A stretch of 64,000 nucleotides of DNA from positions 584,727 to 648,726 of the forward strand of contig JAAOMT010000741.1 in NCBI GenBank assembly GCA_016748015.1. The letters run 5' to 3'. The position numbers were made by a program, and so were the translations under genes. This stretch comes from Geosiphon pyriformis uo1. Taxonomy: Eukaryota > Fungi > Glomeromycota. Under the pieces are notes generated by a model. That model ran no database searches and was not told where the DNA came from. It saw only the letters and a list, made by a program, of their open reading frames with translations. Numbering within the stretch: position 1 is the first letter of the stretch; each line of letters opens with the position of its first letter. Shown piece after piece: positions 38,411-50,920 of this stretch.

Positions 38411-41017
38411 TTAATAAATAAAGTCCAAATACAGCCTAGTTTTATACATCAAAGAAATGACTTATACTAAGTATGAATCATGCTTTTTCTATACACGACC
38501 AGCTACTTGGGCCAATTAGAACAACACTATGCAGCTATATGAACTGAAACCAAATCACTTATCCTAGAAAAAAAAAAACAAGATTTGTGAAATCCAAAAC
38601 ATACACCAAAAGCCTTAGCTATTCCAAGCATCTTAACCACACCAGCAAAAAATTCTAAAGCCAAACCAGAGACTGATATGAGAGCTAAACCATCAAAAAG
38701 AATCAAGCCATTTTTTTTCATATATGTCCAGTGTTTAGCACGAACCAATCAGACATTATCTCTAAAATCAAGACTAAGAAAGCATATGAACTCAACAATC
38801 TCATGACAAGCAACCTTGAGATCATGGAAAATGAAAACAGTCTCATAAAACCAACCATCAAAAACACAACCCTTAAAAAGAGCCATTAATAAAGAATAAT
38901 TAGAAATACAGATTAACAACAACTGGAGCACACCTAAAAAGAAATGAGAAAAACCCGAAAGTAACTTTCAAGAATTCACATGGGATTCCAGAATTTGATG
39001 CCAAGTAAGTTTGTCAACTTTGCAGAAAAACACATAATCTGATACTTCCACCTTACCACAATACAAGCACAGAATACTGAGATAACATTTATCATAAAGA
39101 CACTTATGAACAGCTACAGGCAATCGACAATGCAAAGCTTTCATAAAATAAGTATGCATATTAGCCAAGGCCTTGCTGGTATAATCAGTGGTCATGTGCA
39201 AATTAGGATGCCACATTAGCAAGGACCAGTGCCAATCAATTTCAGAAAGCAAACTATGAGACAAAAACTTTGAGCTGGAACCAATCTCCCAATGTGCACA
39301 ACAGACAGACTGATAAACATTACAAACAAAATGTCTAGAGTTACCAGAAACAATAACACTATTAACCACCAAAAAATGTTCATCCAGACGAGACGGAAAA
39401 AACCACTCAAAAATAGACACATCACCAGTAAGTAAATTAACATGGTTATTTTCCGGGATGCCAGAGTGATCCTTTATCTTGTGCCAACTAACCCTTAAAT
39501 TTTTGCTGCAAATAATATTAACTATGTGGTAATGCTTGATCCAACACTGATTATGAAAATCAAAACATGCCAAAACCAGTTTTGACTTGTAAGCATCCAA
39601 AGCAGATTGACTATCCAAAAACAAGTGAATAGAGCTAGCCAAGAGAACACACTCCAGAGCCAATGCAATAGCTTGCATCTCAGCCAAAGTAGACAATATC
39701 AAACCCAATACACCAATGCCCAAATCTGAATTAATGTTTTCAAAAAAAACAGCAGCACTGGCCCAGCAGCCAACAGTGTCCAAATTTCTTAAAGACCCAT
39801 CCGTGTATATAGAAAAACTATTAGTATCAACCTGAAACAGATGATCACATACAGACATAAAACCACCAGAGCCAAGAATGTTCAGAAAACCAATATTACT
39901 TGATACTGAAGAAAAAGTTGAAGACAAATCCACATTATTAAAAAACACAATGAAAAGTCTAAACCACTCAGGAACAGGCCGATGGGGGTCCAGTCTCTTC
40001 CACCACTTAAATGTGTACCAATCAAAAATAGTGCCATGATGATTGCAAAGTTGATTCACAAATACAATATCATAACATTGAAAAGAAGGGAGAAACTTGA
40101 AAAACATCAACTCACCAAGAGCAACAAACATGGAAACCCCACCACAACCATGAAAAAAATTGGCCAGAGAGCCACCAATAGACAAACTACAATTAAAAAA
40201 AATATGAACCATGCCCACTAAGAAATTATTAGAAGCACCAACATAAATATGAACTAAAAAACACAAAAGATGAACAGGATGCCAACAAAAAACTTGCAAA
40301 TCATGAGATCTGTAAGAAAACAAACAACTCAGAATTCCACCAGAGTTTGCAAAGCTAATAAGAAAAGCAATCTTACTCTTAGACTGAATTTGTGCAAAAG
40401 ATTTCAAACTATAAAAAGAGGAGTAGTGAATAGTATCACTTAGAAAGTCCAAAGACAGGCCAGACTTGATCTTTAGCCTCTTATGAACCAGAACATCCCA
40501 CTAGTTGCACACACTAACCAGAACAAAACTAAACTGCATTCTATAACTAACTATAGAATGAAGTACTATCAACACCAAATATGAAAACTGCTTATTTGAA
40601 ACTGTCTTTCTTAAAACCAAATTGATAAAAAAACAAACATCTGAATACACTTTAGCCAAACTAGGCTTTGAAAGACCTTCAGTTGAAAAAAAAATACTCA
40701 GATACTGATGAGATTCACTCTTTTTAGCAATAGAGATAGGTGTACCACTAATAGAGAGAGAAAGAGTATTAACTCTGCTATTAATAGGAATGGCCACTGT
40801 TTTGTTATTATTAATTAAAATGTCATTAATTTGAAAGAAATCACTTGCAATATTAAGAATATGCTGAGTAGCACTCTGACTGCTACTAATCTAAATTGTA
40901 TTGTTAATGAATCCACTAATAGCAAAAAAGGAAGAAAGCCCAGTCTGAGATTCAGCACAACCACTCTTAAAAACAAAATAAGAAATCAGCCTATATTTGT
41001 ACACACTTTCTTGACAC

Positions 41018-42028
41018 TGTTACTAGTAGAATTTTAGCTAGTAATTAGCATGAAATTACCCTTATAATCCCTATAATTAATTAATATATTAATATTATTT
41101 CAAATTATCATTTATTATTTAATCAATTATCACATATCATGATTCAATTAAAATAATCTAATTAGTATAACAAAAAGTAGGATGATCAAATTACACAATA
41201 CTTTGAACTTTGTAACATTCTAAAATTTGCCAAAATTTACAGAAATTTGCCGAAATTTATAAGAAATTCACCAAAATTTACAGAAATTTGCCAAAATTAT
41301 GAATAGTTCACCCAAATTAATCAATAATTCAGCGAAATAACTTGTAGTTCATCAAAATGTATCTTTAGTTTGCCAAAATTTGAACAAAGAAAAAAAGTGC
41401 AAGTTCATAGACTAGTACTACAACAAATTGTATAAAAGAAAAGCTTTTCTCTTCAAGAAAATGTATCTTACTTTAGATTTATCACTTAGAACCATTTCTA
41501 TACACACAAAAAAAAATAAATATCAAATAATTTAAAAAACCAAATTCTTTAATTATTGCACTTGAAAAATCCTCAAAACCCAACTAACGTTTTAAAATTG
41601 ATTAGCTACCAATTTCAGTAAACTGTTAGTGATTTTAGGCCTGGATAGAAAACGTTTCCTTTGACAAAATTTTATTTCTTTTATATTTCTTTGTTTTTCT
41701 TTTCTTTTTTTATTATAAACATTAGGATAGCCTACAGACAAGATTCCTGTAAAAGAGTTGACTTTCACAGCAAAGTAACTACACATTTTTAGTGAGCTTC
41801 CAAATGAGCAATTTTTGGGAAAAAGTTGACGTTTACTACAATATAACTACATAAAATAACTGGTACAGAATTGGCTATTCCACTCATAAGCCCAGCAGTT
41901 CAAATTATAGAAGATAATTTGAAGATAAATTCGGTTATTGAAGGTTTAACTACTTCTAGAAAATGTGAATTTGCAACCAACAGACATTTACAACATTTAA
42001 AAAAAGAGATCAAAAACCTCTGGTAACA
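41018..42028 (+). repeat. 5' LTR (1011 bp)
   Basis: TGTTAC...GGTAACA; aligns to 49971-50920. Confidence 0.93.
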
Positions 42029-42030
42029 TT

Positions 42031-42045
42031 TGGTGCTCTTCCATA
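42031..42045 (+). promoter_or_regulatory. Primer binding site (TGGTGCTCTTCC...)
   Basis: TGG 2 nt after the 5' LTR, complementary to a tRNA 3' CCA. The tRNA identity could not be determined. Confidence 0.7.
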
Positions 42046-42073
42046 GAAATAATACAGCAACAACAAATTCAAA

Positions 42074-45000
42074 GTGGCAACCACACCAGACACAACAACT
42101 CTAGAGTATTATCAGTCAATTTACACCCACTGCAAGCAAAGATTTAACATCCCAAACGGAATTGAAGTTGTCAAAAAATCAGTATACCAATATATTGAAA
42201 ATTGCATTAACAATTATCTTTTTGAAAACTACAACATTTCAGAAGTTAAAAGCAACCTCTACAATAATTTAGTGCACTATTCACAATTGGGAACAGAAGA
42301 CCTAAACAGTAAAATACTTGCTATCTACTTCCAAAAACTTAATTTTAATATTATTGAGTACTGTGAAGAAAAATACCCAGTACAGTCCAAATATTTTTTT
42401 AACTTTGAATCAGAAACAGAGACAAGCAACAAAGGCAAACAAAAAGTAAAACAATACTCAAGAACCACTCCAAACACTCCAATACTACCAAAGACAACTG
42501 CCAAACACTTGCAAACACCTGAACAAGAAACCAGTATCAAATTACCACTTTCTATTACACCATTTCCAATTTCACTTATTTAATCACAAACACCAAGTTC
42601 ATTACTTAATCATTTTTTCAGACCAGAAGATTTTCAGTCACCTAGAAATCCTACTCAACAACAGGAACCAATATCAACAAGTGCCAATATCATTAATTAC
42701 TTACAGGAAAATGAAAGTAATCATTCAGAAAGCTTGGAAAGTGAAGAAACTAAACCAGAACCAGAAGAAGCCACAGAAAACAAAGAAGAAATGACAACTG
42801 CTTATATTGCAAAGATTCCAGAATTCACGGGTGAAGATAATAATACCAGTCCTCAAAAATGGCTTAACAAAGTTCAAAAAGCAGGAGATGCAAATGGTTG
42901 GAATGCAGCAAGAATGCTCAAAGCAATTCCATACTTTCTCCAAGGAACTGTAGGAGAATGGTTTGAAAACTTAGAAGAACCATTTAAAAACTGGCAAGCA
43001 TTTAAAGATGCTTTTCTACAACAATTCACTGACAACAACACTTCTATTACTCTCAAAAACCACTTTCACAATATCAAGCAAGAAACATCTGAAACTGTTA
43101 TAACCTATCTTGGAAGATTCAACAAACTTCTCAGACAAATTCGACAATTGAAAACCAATGACTACTATTCTGATGCTCAAATTCTGGATCAGTTTATAGC
43201 AGGATTAAAAGACAAACTGATTAAAAAAGTCCATCCACATGCTTCAGCAAACTTAGCAATTGCCATTAAACATGCAAAGAATTATGAAATGGCTATGGAA
43301 GAAGCAAACCACACCAAACTTGTTAACTTGGCTATTGGAGAAACCAGCTCAGCAGCTGAAGAAAAAATAGACCAACTCACAAAGAAGGTTGAAAGCTATT
43401 TTACAAACCAGCAATAACAGCAGCAACAACCACAAAAATATCAACCACCACAGCAACACAACCAAAACAACTTTGGATCACCATCCAACAACTAACCTCA
43501 AAATTGTCACTATTGTGGAATTCCAGGACACTGGAAACGAGATTGCAGGAAACTACAAAGAAACCAACAAAACAGGAGTAATCAACATTACTCTTTACCA
43601 CAACAATTTTATTACCAACTCCTACTACCAACTTATTATTCACTGAAACCACAAATTCAAAACAGCTATTATCAACTAGCTCCACAACTAATTCAACAAC
43701 AATATCAGCAATCTTTACCAATTCAGCAATTTCAGACACCACTCACTCAACAATATCAAGTATCAACAAGAAGATTGGTTTAACATAACCAATTCACACC
43801 CCAAAATCAATTTCAGAGTAACAACAACAGAATCAATCCAAATAACCAGTTGGTTCTCTGAAATTCTGATTAGCAAAGACCCAATCACTATCACACTCAA
43901 CCCAGTTATCTTACAATATCAGAGGAATCGGATTTTCAACAACCTGCACTTTCTGAAAGTGAAGTCACAGCACCCAGATCAAACCCTTCCAACAACACTA
44001 TTTCACCAGCTCAAATTGCCCAAAATGCCAACCTTTCAGATATATTCTCATTCGAATTTGAAGCAAATGAATCACCATTCTTGCTTAGTAATGCAGCAGC
44101 TAATAAACAAAAAGCTATTACTGCCATGTACACTGAAGCTACAGTAGAAGGAAAACCCATCCGACTAATTCTAGATAGTGGATCAGCTGAAAGTATTATC
44201 ACCTACCAGTTAATGCAACAGCTTCAAAGAACTGTTAACAGACCAGCCCAAACTGTAATTGTTACAGCAGATGATATAAAAAAAACACCAGTAGGAGAAA
44301 TTGACAATTTTCTATTCACCATTGATGGAATCACTATTTCAGTCAAAGTTCTAGTCATGAATACATCTCAATACCAAGCTCTAGTCAGAAATGATTGGCT
44401 TCTCAAGGCCAATGCAAATTTGGACTGGAAAACTCAGGAATTAAAAATCTCATACCAAAGACAATATATCATAGTACCTGTTACTTGTGGAACTTTTAAC
44501 AAACAATCAGAAAAAGCCCCAGTATTTGAATTTGAAGAAGAGAAAGAAATGCCACTTACTAAAATCTACATGGCTCTTAAATCAACATACAATTGGGCTA
44601 AAAAAACAGAACAGGAGATTTTTGAAGAATCAAGAGGATAGAAAAAAGTTAGATATTCTACACCAGAACCATGGAAACAACCACTCTATATTCCACTCAA
44701 ATGCAAAGATTGCAACAAAAAACTTTCATCAATGAGAGCATGTATTTTTCTAGAAGAGGAATATGAAACTCGCACCTGTTACTTTTACAAAACATGCCAT
44801 AGAGAACAATTTGGATCTCCAAAAAAAAGTGAAAAATAGAACAAAACTTCTTGCCTTACTTGTGAAGAAATGCTACCAAAAGAATACAATTGAATTGATG
44901 TAGCAATAAGAGGAGGAGTATGTAATCAGACCTGTCAATATGCTCTATCAATTTCGAAAAAAGTCAGAAGAGAAACACTATTTAATGCAGCATACAACAG

Positions 45001-47697
45001 TGCTCTTAATAAACTTTACCACTACCCTTATGATAATAAAATGATTTTTGACCTAGCAATGACATTGATCAATGGAGCCATCCAAGAAGATGTCTGCCAA
45101 ATGAAAGAAGCTGAATACATTAAGTATATTATAGAATTAGCTGGATTTGATTATGAAGATGAAGTAGAAACCTATCACCAAATGGCAAGCCACACATATC
45201 TAATTCAAGAAGCTCAAATTCAATGATTAAAGCAAATAAACATTCAATTGTGTGAAAAATACATCATGTCTTGTGATGACAAATGGTGTCCAAAATGCTA
45301 TGCTCTTAGCATTCCCCTGCCAGAGGAAAATGATGAAAATAAAATCGAATTTGGAGTATCTAAACTGGTAGAAGAACTACCAACCACCCTTATCTATCTT
45401 CTTGAAAAGCAACCACCTTTACAACTTAAATACTTCAACAACCATGGCCAAGGAATCAGACCAGAAAAAGCACATGAAATTAATGCTAGATATGACCTAA
45501 GATATTCAGGAAAAGATACTTTGGTTCTCCAACCAAAGTTCTTGACAAAAATCAATCTCAAAATTGCTCTTGAAATTTCACCTGGAGCAATGGTTCAAAT
45601 TGCATCCAGATTATCATTGGCAAGCAAAAAAATCAATGTTAAAGGAGAAGTTATAGATGCAGGATATACTGGAGACATTACTATTATGTTGCAGAATGAA
45701 ACAGACAAACCATTCAAGATTGAACATGCTAAAAAAATTGCTCAAGCAATTTACCTACCCTTAATTAATATTTCGGGTCTACAATCAGTTAACAACAGAG
45801 AACAATTGGGAAAAAGTGAAAGAGGAATACAAGGTTTTGGTTCAACTGGACAATTTACAGCTCCAATAAACATAGCTTTCAATACACAGAATGAATCTTA
45901 CCAGATTCTTCAACTTTCTCAACCAATTACCATTTCACCTTTTGGTAAACATTACGAAATTTACACTTGCTCAAAACCCACTACTACCCAACAAATTTTT
46001 GAATCCAATGAACAAATCTGTTTGAAGCATGAAATCTTAATTCCAAACGTTTATATTCCCAAAGAAATGAAAAAATTTTGAGTTACATTCTACAACCCCA
46101 ATAATTACTTTATTGTCTTATTAAACAAAGTAGAAATTAGAATCATACACAGCAATATTTTTTAAGATGAAAATCCTTAAATTGTCTCTAATTTCATCGA
46201 AATTGTAAGGCATACTCTACTCCCAAATCCAAATATCATTCTCACTACTGAAAACTATCACTTTTTGGAAGAAAAACTCTCTTGAATCAACATGGGTCTC
46301 TTAGAATTTCAACAACAAAAACAATTAAAACAATTGATAACTGAATTTGCAGATATATTTGCAAAAGACAACAATAACTTGGGAAAAACGGATATTGTTC
46401 AACATCAGATCCATACAAGAGATGCTCCCCCAAAACATCAGCAAGCTTACAGAGTGCCACCTGCCAGCCACCAATTTATCAGAAAAGAAGTCCAGAGAAT
46501 GCTCAATAACGGATTGATTTAACCATCAAGAAGTCCTTGGGCCTCACCAGTAGTCCTTGTCAAAAAAAAAATAGAAAAATCAGATTTTGTGTTAACTATT
46601 GCCAATTGAACAGTGTGACAATTGGAGATACCTATCTTTTTTTAAGAATTGATGACATGCTAGATGCTCTAGAAAAAGCCAAGTTTTTTTCAACTTTAGA
46701 CTTGGAAAGTGGATACTGGCAAGTCGAAATGGACTCAAAAGACCGACCCAAAACAGCATTTACCATCTAAGGAGGAAACTATGAGTTCAATGTTATGCCT
46801 TTTGGACTCTGCAATACACCAGCAACATTTTAGCAACTCATGAATATTGTATATGAAAGGCTCTTGTGGCAATCAGTAGTTGTCTATTTTAATAACACTA
46901 ATGTATACTCACCAAGCTTTGAAGCCCACCTCATTCACTTGCAAAAAGTTTTTCAATGATTACGGAAAGCAGAATTAAAGTTAAACATTAAAAAATGTCA
47001 CTTTGGAAAAACAAGCTTGATCTTTCTTGGACACATAGTTAGTAAAAATGGAGTCAAACCAAACCCAGAAACAATCAGTACTGTCAAAAACTTTCAAACT
47101 CCCAGAAATACCACAGAACTATGAGGATTTGTAGGATTAGCCTCTTACTATCAAAAATTCAGAAAAGAATTCTCAGAAATTGCCAAACCACTCAATTATC
47201 TTACCAACAAAAATGTGCCATACAAATAGACTGAAGAACAACAAAAAGCTTTTGAAACTCTCAAAACAAAATTGACAACAGCTCCAGTTCTTGTTTACCC
47301 AGACTTCAATAAACAGTTCCAATTAGCCACTGATGCTTCACACATAGCATTTGGTGTCATCTTATTACAATTAGATGAAAATGGGCAAGAACAAGTCATT
47401 GCCTATGTTAGTAGAACACTCAAACCAACAGAACTAAAATATGGCTCAACTGAATTAGAAGCTGTCGCAGTTATTTGGGTTCTTAAACATTTTCAACAAT
47501 ATCTGAAGAATGGAAAAAAATTTGACATCATAACTGACAATATTGGTCTCAAATGGCTCAATAAAAAGAAAACTGAACAAAGTGCTAAACAGTCTTGATG
47601 GAATGACTTCTTAGCAGACTACAAATATATTGTACACCACAAACCAGGAAAAATACACACTAATGTTGACAACCTCTCAAGAATGAGACAATATTAA
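42074..47697 (+). pseudogene. Gypsy gag-PR-Cys-rich-dUTPase-RT-RNaseH polyprotein (one frame, with scattered stops and one homopolymer frameshift at ~46570)
   Basis: Capsid (IAKIPEFTGED..QFIAGL), zinc knuckle CHYCGIPGHWKRDC (~43505), protease ILDSGS, RT (PWASPVV, DLESGYWQ, MPFGL, YFNN from YLDD) and RH (LATDAS, ELEAVAV, ITDN). Confidence 0.9.
45419..45850 (+). pseudogene. dUTPase domain within the Gypsy polyprotein
   Basis: All five trimeric dUTPase motifs: ARYDL (from AGYDL), ASRLSL, GEVIDAGYTGDI, KIAQAI and RGIQGFGSTG. Confidence 0.92.
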
Positions 47698-47753
47698 TAC
47701 CAACATCAACACCAACAAACTTAACAACAGAACAAACAACAAAATCAACAACA

Positions 47754-49140
47754 ATGGATTCAGAAAACTACAACAACATCAAAAACTATTTGGAGACTCT
47801 CACCATGCCAGAAAATTGGTCCCCAAGTGAAAAACATCGATTACAACACCAATCCAAACAATATTTTATACACCACAACAAAATCTATTACAAAAATCAT
47901 AAAAACCCAAACCAATCATTCAAATTAGTACAGAAAAATGAAAAAAAAAACAATTTTATATAACATGTACACAAATCTGTCTTCAGCATACTTGGGAAGA
48001 GATGGAACAATTCAAAGAACTCTTGAACATTATTTTTGGCCTCACATGTAAAAAGACATTCAACAATATGTAGAATCTTGTGATAGTTGTCAAAAAAGAG
48101 AAGGAATTTGTTCCACAAAACCTTTAAATCTAATCAAAGTTGAACAACCATTTAACAGAGTTGGAATTGATTTAGTCGGACCATTACCTATCACAACCCA
48201 AGAAAATTGCTATATTGCAGTAGCAGTAAATTATCTTACCAAATGGCCTGAAACTAGAGCCATCCAAAGAGCAGATGCAAAATCAGTAGCAAATTTCATC
48301 TATGAAGACATTATTTGTAGACATAGATGTCTAATTGAACTCTTATCTGATCAAGAAACACATTTTGTGAACAACTTGATACAAGAAATTTGTAAACAAT
48401 TCAATGTTAAAAGACCTCTATCATCATCTTATTACTCTTAAACAAATAGACTTGTAGAACTTTTCAATAGAACATTGTATGAATTGTTGGCCAAAGTCTC
48501 AACAAATTTTAAGCAAAAATGGGATATCTTTATTTTATCAGTGTTACTAGCATACAGAACACTAAAACAAGATACTATAAAACACATACCATTTGACCTT
48601 ACTTATGGAAAGACAGCAACATTACCAATTAATTTCACAGTAGAAACATACCCAGTGCAACCAATCAATAAAGAAAACTTTCAAGAAACACTCCAAAGAA
48701 GGGCCTATACTCTTTTCAGTACACTGGAAGGAAAAAGAAGAATAACAGCAACTCACATTGAACATTCTCAAGCTTAACAAAAAGAAAGACATGACAACAA
48801 ATTACCACCCATTATCAACAAATTTAAAGTTGGAAATAAAGTTCTCTTACACAGAACTAAGGCTGAAAAACAATGGAGTGAAAAATTTGAAAACAAATGG
48901 GATGGACCATTTTATATTCACGAAATTCTAGGCAATAGATCATACAAGTTAAGACTTGATGACAAAATACTAGCAAAAGTTGCACATGGAAACAGATTGA
49001 AACACTATCATTCCAGAGACAATTCTGAAACATTAATTCCACAAATTGGTACACATTCCCCTTTAATTAATCTTAAAGATATTTCCCGAAATTTAGAACT
49101 AATAATTATAATAGAACAACAACCAAACTTGAACACTTAA
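47754..49140 (+). pseudogene. Gypsy integrase (decayed), with GPF motif and no chromodomain
   Basis: YFWPHM..SCDSCQK, RVGIDLVGPL, LLSDQETHF, VELFNRTL and WDGPFYI. Confidence 0.9.
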
Positions 49141-49324
49141 ATTTTACAATAATTCTCTAATAAAAACACAAAGACAAAAATAGTAAATAATTACAAAACA
49201 CCCAAACCCAAAAACAAATAAAAACCCCATATCCAAAAATAATTTTCTTTATTCTCTCTTTTCATAATTAGTCAATTTTATCATAATTATTTCCCGAAAT
49301 ATTCAACAAATATTCCAAAAGTTA

Positions 49325-49936
49325 ATGTTAGCCTTGAAAACACTTCTTGACTTATCCATAATGATTAATGGAAGTCAAATTAATTATATTCAGAAAGAAA
49401 CCACAGCCCCAGTAGCAAATCATTCACAGAACTATCACTCCTATAGAAAAAAAACAAGAAGTCACTCTGAAAATAGGTTACCAAGACTTTTGAAGCAAGC
49501 ACTGGAAGAAAATCTTTTAATTGCTCCTATTGACATTCCACCAAATGCTACAATACAACAAAAACTTCTACTACTTCTCAATGAACAGAACAATAGACAC
49601 ATTCTTATTTATAAATACTTTCACATTGAAAAGACACTTTATGAACAAAAACTGGAACTTGAAGCAACAAATCTCACTTCTGAAGCTATATAAAAACAAA
49701 TCTACAATGAATTCAAAACAGCAGCTGGACCAACAAACACTTGCTACAAACTTAGAGCAGCTTTTAGACTCTATGATTTGTTTAATACTTGTGAAAATGT
49801 TCTACAAAATCTAATATTGCAACCAATGAAAGTCCAATACATTGGCAAACTTACAGAACTGAAATTTTAACAATTTTCAGACCAAATTACTTCAATTATT
49901 TTGGATCACTATCTCAATATTACAGATAGTGCTTGA
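49325..49936 (+). pseudogene. Accessory ORF3 of the Gypsy element, unknown function
   Basis: ~204-codon frame broken by only two TAA codons (plausible CAA>TAA), located between IN and the PPT. Confidence 0.6.
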
Positions 49937-49970
49937 ACTTCAATAGAGCTCAGTCTTGAGGAAAAAATTA

Positions 49971-50920
49971 TGTTACCAGTAGAATTTTAGCTAGTAATTA
50001 GCATGAAATTACTCTTATAATTCCTATAATTAATTAGTATATTAATATTATTTCAAATTATCATTTATTATTTAATCAATTATCACATATCACAATTCAA
50101 TTAAAATAATCTAATTAGTATAACAGAAAGTAAGATGATTAAATTACACAATACTCTGAATTTTGTAAAATTCTAAAATTCGCTGAAATTATGAATAGTT
50201 CACCCAAATTAATCAATAGTTCAGTGAAATAACTTGTAGTTCATTAAAATGTATTTTTAGTTTGCCAAAATTTGAGCAAAGAGAAAAAGTGCAAGTTCAT
50301 AGACTAATACTACAACAAATTGTATAAAAAAAGAGCTTTTTTCTTCAAAAAAATGTATCTTACTTTAGATTTATTACTTAGAACTATTCTTACACACACA
50401 AAAAAAAAAAAATATTAAATAATTCGAAAAACCAAATTCTTTAATTATTGCACTTAAAAAATCCTCAAAACCCGACTAACATTTTGAAATTGATTAGCTA
50501 CCAATTTCAGTAAACTGTTAGTGACTCCAGGCCTGGATAGAAAATGTTTCCCTTGACAAAATTTTATTTCTTTTATATTTCTTTATATTTCTTTTTTTTT
50601 CTTATTACAATTATTAGAATAGCCTATAGACGAGATTTCTGTAGAAGAGTTGACTTTCACAGCAAAGTAACTACACATTTTTAGTGAGCTTCCAAATGAG
50701 CAATTTCTGGGAAAGAGTTGACGTTTACTACAACATAACTACATAAAGTAACTGGCATGGAATTGGCCATTTCACTCATAAGCCCAGCAGTTCAAATTAT
50801 AGAAGATAATTTGAAGATAAATTCAGTTATTGGAGGTTCAACTACTTCTAAAAAACGTGAATTTGCAACCAACAGACATTTACAACATTCAAGAAAAGAG
50901 ACCAAAAACCTCTAGTAACA
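49971..50920 (+). repeat. 3' LTR (950 bp), preceded by a purine tract (GAGGAAAAAA)
   Basis: TGTTAC...AGTAACA; homologous to the 5' LTR, minus three ~20-bp internal repeat units. Confidence 0.93.

Larger units (their letters stand above)
41018..50920 (+). mobile_element. Full-length Ty3/Gypsy LTR retrotransposon with dUTPase (inactivated by stops)
   Basis: Two homologous TG...CA LTRs, PBS, PPT, domain order gag-PR-(Cys-rich)-dUTPase-RT-RH-IN plus an extra ORF. Decayed 4-bp TSD ACAC/ATGC. Confidence 0.95.

Noticed and set aside
41850-42074. gag frame extending upstream into the 5' LTR
   Set aside because: Several in-frame stops are shared by both LTRs, so they probably predate insertion.
45419-45850. 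dUTPase as a direct counter-defence against the C>T decay
   Set aside because: dUTPase limits dUTP misincorporation. It cannot prevent deamination of C or 5mC in integrated DNA, and the element itself is decayed.
48960-49140. Chromodomain at the integrase C-terminus
   Set aside because: No aromatic-cage or YLVKW-like motif; the sequence ends shortly after the GPF/SH3-like region.
49325-49936. ORF3 as a retroviral env gene
   Set aside because: Too short, with no signal peptide, TM anchor or fusion peptide.
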